A stretch of 46,325 nucleotides of DNA, filler included, from Catajapyx aquilonaris (lineage: Eukaryota), in assembly GCA_000934665.2 (NCBI GenBank). It is 2 parts of 2 records of this genome, joined end to end, with 100 filler letters (N's around TTAATTAATTAA, not from the genome) between each part and the next. Parts side by side here need not be neighbours in the genome. Positions count along the whole stretch, not along the records: positions 23,214 to 46,325 come from JYFJ02005746.1; 1 more part is not named here. One strand, written 5' to 3'. The position numbers were made by a program, and so were the translations under genes. Below are positions 23,214-34,300 of this stretch, in pieces. Each line of letters starts with the position of its first letter. Positions within the stretch are counted from its first letter, which is position 1. A model generated the notes under the pieces. It had not been told where the DNA came from. It ran no database searches and saw nothing but the letters and a program-made list of their open reading frames with translations.

Positions 23214-24056
23214 CCGGCCCCTTCTACAGCTGCCCGCTTTCCAGAAAACACACTATATGGCCGCAAAAATTGTTCAATTGACACAGAAATTGCAAAAAAA
23301 AAAGTTGAACCAAGGGTCGCGACCCCGCCCGCGACCCCCCAGTTGGAGACCATTGACTTAGATAATTACAATTACGAGAGCATGGGTCCAAAAACAACGA
23401 CTGATCTACATTTTGGTAGGTGTGAAAATTATGAAACCAGATTTGATCCATGAAATGAAGTTTTTTTAAGGAATACACAGTTTTAAGTCATCCTGTCAAG
23501 GTCACTCATTGCGATGCATTTGATTCCTTTGGGGTCCTAAAAGACCCCACGTCACGGTTCCAGGGTTAAACTCCCTAGCCCTGTCCATTCCTCCATTGCA
23601 ATTGAGTATGTTGGGGGTCATGTCATTCAGCTGCATGTTGGGCCAGCCGTAGCAAATAAGGTAGGATGACGTGCTTTGACACTCTATTTTGATCGAAGGG
23701 ATGCATAATAATGTGAAAGAGAATTAGGTGAATGTGAATTACAAAAGAAGGACAAGTGAAATACAGAGGTCTAAATATTGAAAGTGTGGAATTTTTAATA
23801 CTTTCAAGGGCTGCAGGAACAGACTGCAGAGTGCAGAAATTTTTATTCTCATAGTAATAGCTAAAGAAGGTTTCCTTCGTGAGTTGCATCTTGGTTTTAA
23901 AATTAACATATAATGAGATTGACAAGGTTGCCTGTTGTGTTACCCCCAGTATCATATGCCTGTTCAGTGAATGCACAGGAATCTCAAGTTAATTCCCTGA
24001 ATGTTTAGTGTTCAGTGTACATCAAGTCAACATTCACTGGTCTTAGAATTTTTGCT

Positions 24057-24400
24057 GTTTTTTTTTTTTTTTTTTTCAAGTACCCGGTGATGACCTGTTT
24101 CGTCTATAGGGGGGTGGATTACCACCATTGGAGGGAAAGGGCTGTTGTCTATTTTTGAATACGCCCGGACCCACGGGCAGGGAAACTGGGAGGGGATGTG
24201 CAAAGTGCGTGTGCACAGACGTTGATGTGCTGTTTTGTGAACTCCCCCGGGTGGCATATGTGGAAGGATCGCCACCCGAAACGAAGCCAGAGACGGTCTT
24301 ACTCTGCGCGAGAAGAAGTGGGGAACCCCGGGTTGGGATCGAACCCGGGACCTTAACATCCGCGGGCACATACGTTACCACAGCGCCACTTCGCCTCCTC
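24057..24400 (-). mobile_element. SINE family C copy
   Basis: Poly(T) on the plus strand is a poly(A) tail; B box GGTTCGATCCC. TSD GAATTTTTGCT at 24046-24056 and 24401-24411. Confidence 0.92.
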
Positions 24401-24747
24401 GAATTTTTGCTAATATATCAGTGCCTGTATATCAAGTGATTTGTTCACAATTTACATACATTGCACTAGGTGACAAGTTGAGTAAATGATAATCAGGATA
24501 TGGATATGTATTAAAATTTAACATGCAAGTCCTTGAAGGTCAAGAAATTAGGCATATGAATGTTTAGTGAAGAACATTCAGAGAATGGTAGCAATATAGA
24601 GACATGAGGATCCACTTGGACAGTCACTGATCCTTTGTGTGTTACTGGGCACAGCGACGTAGCCAGAGGGGGGGGGGGGGGCTGGGNCCCCCCCCCCTGA
24701 AATTCATAATGTAGGCTAGGCTATTATCACAAAATCGGCGAGAATTA

Positions 24748-25774
24748 GGGCCGGTTGCACGCACTGTTCCTAGCCCGCTCCTAGGAGCGCTCCTATGTAG
24801 GGGCTCCCTACGGGTAAGAGCGCTCCTAGGTGGCCGAGGGTTGCACCAACCCAAACTAGGAGGCATCCTACGTACGGGCCTTCCTTCCCTTATTATCGGG
24901 CAGTCGCGCCGGGCTTCAACACCGGTCTTCATGAACTGGTTATTTATTAATAAAATAACTGTTCTTACATGCATTAAAATAATATTACACAGCTGGAGAA
25001 TATGTTTTATACGCTTAAAAACATAAATTAGCTTATTTAGCGATGCACGTGGTCGTGCATGACGCAATCAAGGCAGGCAGGTTTTGGGCCAAGGCGGGCC
25101 AAGGCAAGGAGCCCAAACAAGGCAAAAGATGCTGCAAATTTTAGTGAGGCTGAGAAAATTTTAATTTTTGGTAGCGCTGTTTAATTTTATCACCCACATT
25201 TCTGGCTTGCCATCGAAACATTCGCGAAGTAATTCGGATGAAAAACGGCCGAGATAGCAGAGGCGTGCAATATACTTAATTATGATTGCCCAAATGGTAA
25301 TTTCTAAATTTTAAATATATGGTTAGATACACAACGATTTGCACTATCCAGGGTTCACAGAACAACTTTTGTGGCCTCCGATAAGTGTCGAATAAAAAGA
25401 CTTTTTTTGGCGTAACGCCTGGCAACGTATCAAAACATGACACCTTTCCGCCTTCTTTTTGGGATAAAAAATTACACAAAGAACATAGGAAAACAACTTG
25501 CACATATCCTACGAGGATTTAAACAAGCTTTCTAATGATATATAACACTATTTTTTTTGGATCATCTGCCTAGGAGTTGTTTCTAATCAAACACAAGACT
25601 CAACGGATTAGGGAGGAAAGACCTTGGACTGCTGGGAGCGCTCCCAGCCGGTAAGAGTGGGTCCGGGCCTTCCTAGCAGCTAGGAGCGCTCCCACCACCT
25701 AGGAGGGGTTGGTGCAATGAAATCCCTTCCTAGGAGCGCCCCCACATCCTAGGAACGGTTCGTGCAACCGGCCC
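24748..25774. mobile_element. PIF/Harbinger-type MITE carrying a fragment of the foldback family
   Basis: TTA|GGGCCGGTTGCACGCACTGTTCCTAG ... CTAGGAACGGTTCGTGCAACCGGCCC|TTA, with subterminal CTAGGAGCGCTCC repeats. 25181-25595 matches the foldback arm. Confidence 0.85.
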
Positions 25775-25916
25775 TTACTCATTCATGATTTTTTGGAAAA
25801 AAATGCTATCAATTTCATCAAATACACACCCATTCAAATCTCCCATATTCACCTAAGCTCGTGTGACCTTGAACCCCCAAATAATTTCACCTTGAATATT
25901 GTTTTGAAAAAACAAC

Positions 25917-27490
25917 TACACTGCTATCCATTTTTTAAATACTGGTCCCCGTGTTTGACTCTAAATAACTCCTAGGAAAATGGTCCAAAAAATAACATTA
26001 TACATTGTTAGAAAGCCCATTTAAATCTACTTAACATACATGTGAGTTGTTTGCCTATCTTCATTCTGTAATTTTTTTGTTGCAAGAAGAACATGGAAAG
26101 GTGTCATATTTTGACTAGTTGCCGACGTTACGCCGCAAAATGAATCTTTTAGGACACTTTTCGGAGGCCAAAAAATTCCCCCTGTGAACCCTGGATAGTG
26201 GAAATCTTTTTCTATCTAATGTTATATATTTGAAGCTTAGAAATCGCCATTTGTGTAATCATAATTAAGTAATTGAGTAACCTAGAATGCAATAGGCCGA
26301 AGTCCACTTTTTTGCGAAAATGAGATTCAGGTGTGGAAGAGTTCCAATAGTATCCACCCTCATGCTGGTAGAATGGAATCAACCCAAGTTCATTCCTGGC
26401 GCACTAAAATGGGATTGTCATCCGGAACATACATAAGCCAAGTCAAGGGCTTCAGTTGTATGCATTCTGAGTGAGATCATGGTGTCAGACAGATTGATTG
26501 ATTTGCTCCTTACAGCACAAAAAGTCTGCTGGGCCACAAGTGAGGTTAGAGATGAAACAGTTCCTGTTTACGCTGGAAAGTAATATTTCACAGGTCGTTG
26601 AGAATGCATTAGGCCCAAGTCCGGAATTCTCAAAAATATTTTCCTATTCACCTGCATAAGTGACAGAATCATGAGGTGCACAGAACTGCCTTCTCCCATC
26701 CTGCATGGGCGAGGAAAAGTTCAATTTCATCATGTTGACAGTTTCTTTTGTACAGTTTTTTATGTCTCCTGAAGAGTTATGCTCTCTGGACTTGGCCAGT
26801 TGCATTCTAGGCTATTCAATTGCACACTGCAGTTATCTCGGCCGTGTCTCATCCGAATTACTTCACGAATGTATCGACGGCAAGCTAGAAATGTGTGTGA
26901 TAAAATTACACCGTGCTCTATTACACTAAAAATTTTTAACATATTTCAAACTGTCGCCATCTATTCCCACCAGAAAGCGGGCTGGGTACTTGTCTAGTAA
27001 ACGTACTAAAACAATACTTTAAAAATTTTAGTGTAATGGAGCACCGTGTAATTTTATCACTCACATTTCTGCCTTGCCGTCGATACATTCGCGGAGTAAT
27101 TCGAATGAGAAACTGTCGAGAAAACTGAGGTGTGCAATTAAGTTAATTATGATTACACAAATGGCGATTTCTAAATTTCAAATATATCATTTGATAGAAA
27201 AAGATTTGCACTATCCAGGGTTCACAGGGGGAATTTTTTGGCCTCTTGAGAAGTGTCAAAAAATTCATTTGGTGGCGCAATGTCTGCAACTAGACAAATA
27301 GTGACACCTTTCCGTGTTCTTTTTGCGATAAAACATTACACAATGAAGATAGGTAAACAACTCGCATATATGTTACGTAGATTTAAATGAGCTTTCTAAC
27401 GATGTATAACGTTCTTTTTTTGGACCATTTTCCTGGTAGTTATTTAGAGTCAAACGCAGGGGCCTATATTTAATAAATGGATAGTAGGCA
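25917..27490. mobile_element. Long foldback MITE (family D) with ~500-bp arms; left arm interrupted
   Basis: Arms share AAATTCCCCCTGTGAACCCTGGATAGTG / CACTATCCAGGGTTCACAGGGGGAATTT. Ends are TACACTGCTATCCATTT ... AAATGGATAGTAGGCA. Confidence 0.85.
26275..26817. mobile_element. AATT-targeting MITE (Sola-like) nested in the foldback arm
   Basis: TIRs GAGTAACCTAGAATGCAATAGGCCGAAGTCCA versus the reverse complement GAATAGCCTAGAATGCAACTGGCCAAGTCCA. AATT is duplicated at 26271-74 and 26818-21, and removing the element restores the host arm. Confidence 0.8.
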
Positions 27491-27685
27491 ATTGGGCACC
27501 ATTTATTCTCATAAAAATTAATATTAAAATTCTTGCATATTCCCTCTAACTCAGTGCAACCCTTTGAAGTTTGAAAAAGTTGTTCATTTCCAATATGTCA
27601 ACCCCTGTAAATCAGTTGATTTTGCAATTGTAACTTTAAACTTTTCTAATTCACACTGCTATGCACCTTTTCCACCAAACATCTC

Positions 27686-27807
27686 AGCAAAATGAGTGCC
27701 CGCCCGCAAAGTTGCAGACTTGCAGCCGAGAGTTACAGGCAGGTTGAGGGGTCCTGCAAGGGGACTTGCTGAGTGCAAGTACTTGTGGGTGGGTGTTCAT
27801 TTTGCTG
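27686..27807. repeat. Small inverted repeat / MITE remnant
   Basis: CAGCAAAATGAGTGCCCGCCCGCAA versus TTGTGGGTGGGTGTTCATTTTGCTG. Confidence 0.5.
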
Positions 27808-28322
27808 CCCTTAGTGCCCAGACCTAAGAGGTGATCTTACAGATTCCATACCCCATTTGCTGGCATTCTTTCCATATGAAGAAAAAATAACCATATCAGC
27901 CAAATAATTGGATGGTGTTATGCAATAATGTGTCAACCCACAAAAAATGTCAAAATTGAGTTAAGCCGAGGAACATACACCCAAAGGATCATACTTCAAT
28001 CGGTTAAAATCAAGCTGGCAAAATCTGTATACACATCTGCTATAAATGACCGAAAAGGACACTGAATTAATTTCACAGGGGTGACATTCAAATGGCTTTC
28101 TCAAAACTGTTCTCATGTGGGTTGACTCATTATTGCATATCACTGTGCAATTGTCCCATGATGGTGAATGTCAGTAGTTGTGTTATATGCAATATGGTTA
28201 TTACATTATCCTGATTGAGAACTATTGACTTCCATAGAATTAGTCAGTTTCCACGTATGGTAGCTGGCGAAAAATAAAATGGGATACAAATTTATTGAGA
28301 CACTTTCATTCTTGATTTTCAG

Positions 28323-31300
28323 ATCAACCACCAAGATCTCAGATGATGGGTCCAATGCCCCTAGGGATGATTGGCCCCCAATCGGGTAAGGAAGCAGTAT
28401 ATACAGTATATGCAATACATCACTGGTTTTCTGATAATTACATCCACCCAAAGGATTTGTTCCAATATAATTTTTGCTGATTTTTGCCTTGAACTGGCAC
28501 AATTTTTAGTGGGTTTCTAATAATATTAGATGTATAAGTGAAACTGAGTTTTTTTTCGCCTATCAATAATTATGCAGTAGACAAAATTTGCCTTGGAAAT
28601 TTACTATTATTTTTTACAATTAATAATAGCCACAGGGGATGCTTGGAACCTTAGATTATTTTTCTTTGGTTTTTGGGGGCAATGTTCATGCCAAACTTTT
28701 AGAGTTGTATATTGTTCACCTGATATATTTAATGGAATGAATGATTTTGCAACATTGGGTCACAGGTTCAGACTCCATTAAATGGTGTAATTCATTGGGG
28801 AACCATGATTTTGGACTCAGTAATTTTATTCTAAATTAAGTGAACAACTAACAGCTCTAAAATTTCCCTTAAAATAATTTACCGTAATAATTAACCCAAA
28901 AATTGTACAAGTTTCATGGGACCAATAATTTTGCATTTTAAAAATGTACATTTTAAAACATTTTAAAGGGCAAATTAAAAATCCCGATTTTACAGTAGCA
29001 TGTACAGGAATAGATAAGACTAATCTGAGTGTCACGTTTTAATGTCAGATTTAGGAACAACTTTTAAAAACAATTGTGGAGGCTTACTGCAAAAACTATC
29101 CTGGAACACAACCTTAGAAGCTACTTGTTGATACCTGTATAATGTATGTTAAGTTAAAACCTGAAAACGCTCATTGAGCTGGGGAAAAAAGCCTGACCTA
29201 CTAAAACCTATGAATATAGATATGGAGGTGATTGGGTGATGGCTGGAGCCCTTTGTGTTGGTGTGTCTGTGGGGCTTTGGTATGACCGGACCAGGACTGT
29301 CCTTTGTTGTGTGGCCCTGCCAGGCACAGTTCGTCGCATTGCCGATGATTTTAGTTAGTTGTGAGTGTAGCAAGCTGAGCGCTTATTGTGGGTTGCGTTG
29401 TCCACCCTACAATACTGTCCAACTTGTTCCACCGCATGCCAACAAATGTTAATGTGGCTTTTCCAAGCACATTCCAGCGATTGGCACTTGGCAAAGCCAC
29501 AACAACATTCGTTGTCCTGCAGTGCACATAGGCAGACAGTATTGTTATTGTTGGGTGGAAAATGCAACCTACAATCAGTGTTCAATTCGCTACGCTCACA
29601 ACTAACAAATCATCAGGCAATGCGACAGACTGTGCCTGGCAGGGCCACAACAAAGGCCAGTCCTGATGCAGTCACCCCAAAGCCCCAGAGATGTACCAAC
29701 ACAAAGGGCTCCAGCCGTCACCTCCATGTCCATATCCATCAGTATACTGCAGTGGGCTGGGTTCCGCTAATCTGCTAACTGCTGATTAGGATTTTCGCTA
29801 ATTTTTGTGAACTGTTAGTGGACCAATTAGCTTCCGCTAAATGTAAGTCCGCTAACAAAATTCATTCATGTTCCTGTGTTATTTTTTGAGCAGCATTGCG
29901 AACCACTTCTCACTTTCCGCTCCAGGCAGGGATAAAATTATACCAGTTTATGGGTAGGTGAGTTCAAGGCCCGAGGGTGGAACGGGTATGGTCAGAGCGT
30001 CAGGGTCAGAGGGTGGTATGCAGGCCACCTTCCCAACCACCGGTGACGCACCAAAAATGTACGGATCAGTAAATAACTAAGTAAGGCGTATGTGTAGCAG
30101 TGCTCGCTACGCTTTAGCACTCTGGGTCTGTTTTCATTTTTAACCCCTTCACTACTAGCTAGGCCGAAAATGCCTAGATTTTCTCCTACGCCTACTCTGA
30201 AGATAAATACAAGATATCTTACAAATAATAACAGCTATATTTACCCATTCATGGAAAACTCTAGGAATGTGTTGCGAACAGTTTTACTCCTCTAGAAGTC
30301 CCTAAATTAATTTCCAAAAAGAACACCTGAAATTTAAGTACTGCCGGCCAACTGTTAGTCTGATTCAACAACAACATCACGACATTTTCCTATGAGGGGT
30401 AGTCAGCGATGAAGGGAGATGCAAGTTAACCCAACATATGAACTAAATTAAAACTTGTGAAAATAAAACTATAAACTACCCGTCCCACACCCCACCCCAG
30501 GCCATCTCAGACGACTGATTCAATATGCAATATTGGGAAAATACTGCTAGTGTATATTTGAGAATTTTGGTTTTTTGTCTGCCCCAAGGTCAAAAACAAA
30601 TCAAAGACAAAATGAATGCCCATTATGAGTTACTTGTGACCGAAGGAACACGAATATGACGGATGAATTTCCATGGACATGTTGCATAGTGTAATTTAAG
30701 TAAGGTACCTTGCATTGAATGAAAGACATGACACCCCCATGTCTTTGCAAGGGACTGACGACCCTAATACCTCACCTCCACTAGCAGAAAATCTAGATAT
30801 TCCATGACCAGGTCAGCAAACACATAATGTCTCCACTTTGATGCCGGAAGGATTACCAGATGATTGGAATGAACTCTGTAAAATAAATGATGGCTATGAA
30901 AAGAATAGTTTACTAGGCACACATTCAGAATGTTTGATTAATGGTGACCTATTGTATGGATTAAAAACAATTTGGAAGAACCAAACCGTTATCTGGCAAT
31001 ACCAATGTGGCATTGCATTTGAGCAAGGGCAGGCAGGTGAAGTGAGGGAGTGATGGTTGTTAATTTTGTTGATTCACCTCAGATGTTGCTCCAGACTGAC
31101 ATTACACTCATGTTGGGGCCCTGGCATGGATACTCCTGATGATGAGCCCTAGTGGAGATGGGGTACTAGTTATCATGTTGGGGAGTGGGGTGGGAGTAAG
31201 ATAGTGTGTCATGACTGCCTCATTAGGTTGGTTGAGGGATTTCTTGTTAACGATATTGCTTTGAAATTTTGAATATGTTAAAAACAACCATTGTAATTGA

Positions 31301-34300
31301 CTTAGGCAACTGTTTTAAGGCTAAAAAAAAGTGGATGACAAGATAATAAATGTCGTATTCTGCTTCTTTTGTGTTTATTTTTTCCTAGTGATTTTTATTC
31401 AGTCCCAAAAACAACTTGTTGGGTTTAATTATGTGGTGCCCTCTGCAGTGGTTTGTCATGAGGGACCGTGTGAAGGACTTGGGATCTTGAACTCCATCAC
31501 TTTTGTAAGGCTATACCTGTGTAGGGCCAATTAGCATTAAAATACCCTGGTTCAGGTTCCTGCTGACACTGTTGGGGTGGGAATATTTGACTCAAATTGC
31601 AACTCTAACCTCTGGTTGAGGATGAATATAATGGGGTTTTGCTTAGTTTTGATCTTCACCAACTGAGTCAGAAGGTGGAATCACAGCTCATTATTTGGCT
31701 GGGAAGCAACCATGATGAGTGGAACACTATTGGTTAAATCTGCGTGGCACAAGTACTGCTGGCCCCAATTGAACTGTATTAGAATGCTTGATAAGTCCAA
31801 GTGGCTCAAGAGTCTCCCAGCTGCAAGTGAATCATCATCTTTATAGAATTAGTTAATCTGGGTGGTCCAAGTTTCCTTTATTGAACCAATATATGCTTGA
31901 GTAAGAAGCTGATGATAAAAAAAATGAGGAGCATTTGTCTGCAGAAATTACCTATTGAGTGTACTTGAGGCTTATTGGACAGTAAGAGTCAGGACCTGAT
32001 TTGCTGGTCTCAGGGAGTGCACACTTATGCACTCTGCACATCAAGTTTCCTCCATGTTGCGCAATACCATTGCGAAGAATAAAATTGCAAAATTTTCAAG
32101 TGGCTGAAAATGAGGGCTTTTTCCTAATTTTTTAAATTAGTGGAAGTGGTCAAAACGCATTGAGCATATTATTATATCAATAGCAAGATGAAAATGAGAG
32201 GAATAATTCAACTATGGAATTAGTTTTCATCACAAAAGTAACCATAAATAACGTGTGGGGCATTCCATCAGTCACATGCCTAAGAATTTGGGTCGTCCAA
32301 AAATCTTGGACATGTAACTGAGCATGTGAGCGAGGGAATGCCACACATGTTTTTAAACTGAAATTTATTTTACAGGGTGTTCCAAGTATTGGGGTCCTTT
32401 AAGTTATCAGAATTTTTGCTGGAAGCAATTATTTTTGTGTAGCTTTTTGTGTCCAATTATTCTCAGGTGGGTCAAACACAAAAACTTGTGATACTGTACA
32501 ATGGGAATAATTGTGCATCTCAATTGGGCACAAAAAGCTACACAAAAACAACAGTTTTGGGTAAAATTTCTATAACTAAAAGGACTCCAATACATCGAAC
32601 CTGCTTGGAACACACTATATACGTGTGGCTTTGTAAGGTTTAGAACTTTAGATGAAAGGATAAGCATTTTACAACATGAATTGCAATATTATTTTGATTG
32701 CTCTTCTGTGCTTTCCATCAGCTTTGGGACATCCTGCGGTGGGGATGACCACATCCTTGGTGGCTGCAGGCCCCCCGGTGCCATCTGGGTTGGGAGCACA
32801 AGTTGTTCCCACGTCAGGTCCACTTGCCCAGACTGCAAATCCACAGCTGCCACCTGTAAATCCAGCAACCAATGATGCTCCTTTGGAGTTCAACATGAAC
32901 AAAAACAAACCCCCTATGCCAATTCCAGGTGCTAAACACTTGTCAGTAATGTGTGAGTTGAGTTCAAAGAGCTTCATGATACTGCAATGTTGTCCGCCAC
33001 AGTTTAAAGCGAGCATTTAAAAAAAAAAAAGCAAATGTAGTGTAACATTCTTACCCCAGGGTGCAGATAATATGAAGACCTCTGGGGAAGAACGATCCAG
33101 GTCCACCTCATGTGAAACATATTGCAATTCAAATTTCGAAGGCCCATAAGGTTCCATTGTAAATCCCACTTTTGAGGCCTTCCATTGGGACCTATGATCA
33201 TTACTCCACAACCATGACCAAACCATCATATTCTACACTAGTGAAAGTATCTTCTGAGATATGTAACTCATTTTTGACAAAAAGTGGTCCTTGATTGTTT
33301 TCCTCTTGAGGTGTTCATATTGTGATATTGTCAAAAAAACATTTGAAGTTTTTACTTGGAAAATGTTTTAGTTGAAAAATTTATGCAAAACAGTTACACC
33401 TGGCACATGTTTTAATAGTATGCATTGTTATTGTTGCAGTTGAAATTGTGTGCCAAATGTCAGAGCACAAGGTTATTTGGGAGTCAATGGGTATAAAAGG
33501 CTGTGCCAGATTTGTGAAATGTCAGAAAATAATAGTCTAAATGAAGTTAATGTGTAAGTTGTCTGGCTCCCACCTGTTTTTGATCAAGGGGAGCAGAGTG
33601 AATAATTATTGGAATGTTGGGGGGCTATATTGCAAAGAGGCCATAAACATTCACTACTACCCGTTTATATGGAGCACTGTGTTTCAGTCGAAACAACTCC
33701 CATGCAAATGATCTCAAGAAATTATGTTATACATCGTTTGAAAGCTTGTTTAAATCCATGTTACATATATGGGCGTTGTTTTCCTATCATCAGTGTGTAA
33801 TGTTTTATCGCAAGAAGAAGGCGGAAAGGTGTCATTTTTTAACTAGTTGCCGACATTACGCCACAAAATAAATTTTTTCTGACACTTCTCGCAGGCCAAA
33901 AAATTCCCCCTGTGAACCCTGGATAGTGCAAATCTTCGTCTATTTAATGATATATTTGAAACTTAGAAATCGCAATTTGTGTAATCATAATTAAGTTAAT
34001 TGAACACCTCTGCTATCTTGGCCATTTCGACGGCAAGCCAGAAATGTGTGTGATAAAATTTTATCACTCATGTTTCTGGCTTGCCGTCGATACATTAGTG
34101 AAGTAATTTGGATGAGAAACGGCCGAGATAACAGACATGTGCAATTAACTTAATTATGATTACGGAAATGGCTATTTATAAGTTTCAAATATAACATTAG
34201 ATAGACAAAGATATGCACTATTCAGGGTTCACCGGGGGAATTTTTTGGCCTCTGAGAAGTGTCGGAAAAAAATCCATTTTGGGGTGTAACGTCGGAAAAT

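Noticed and set aside
23214..28322. 5' exons of DDX27 or the first exon of ENOX
   Set aside because: I found no convincing exon with suitable composition and splice sites; the region is mostly nested TEs.
33060..33100. Extra ENOX micro-exon after TTACCCCAG
   Set aside because: The phase-1 reading hits TAA immediately, and the alternative acceptor gives an incompatible exit phase. Exon 32928 splices in frame directly to 34941.
33492..33500. TATAAAAG inside an ENOX intron
   Set aside because: No downstream coding exon start or other support; expected by chance in AT-rich DNA.
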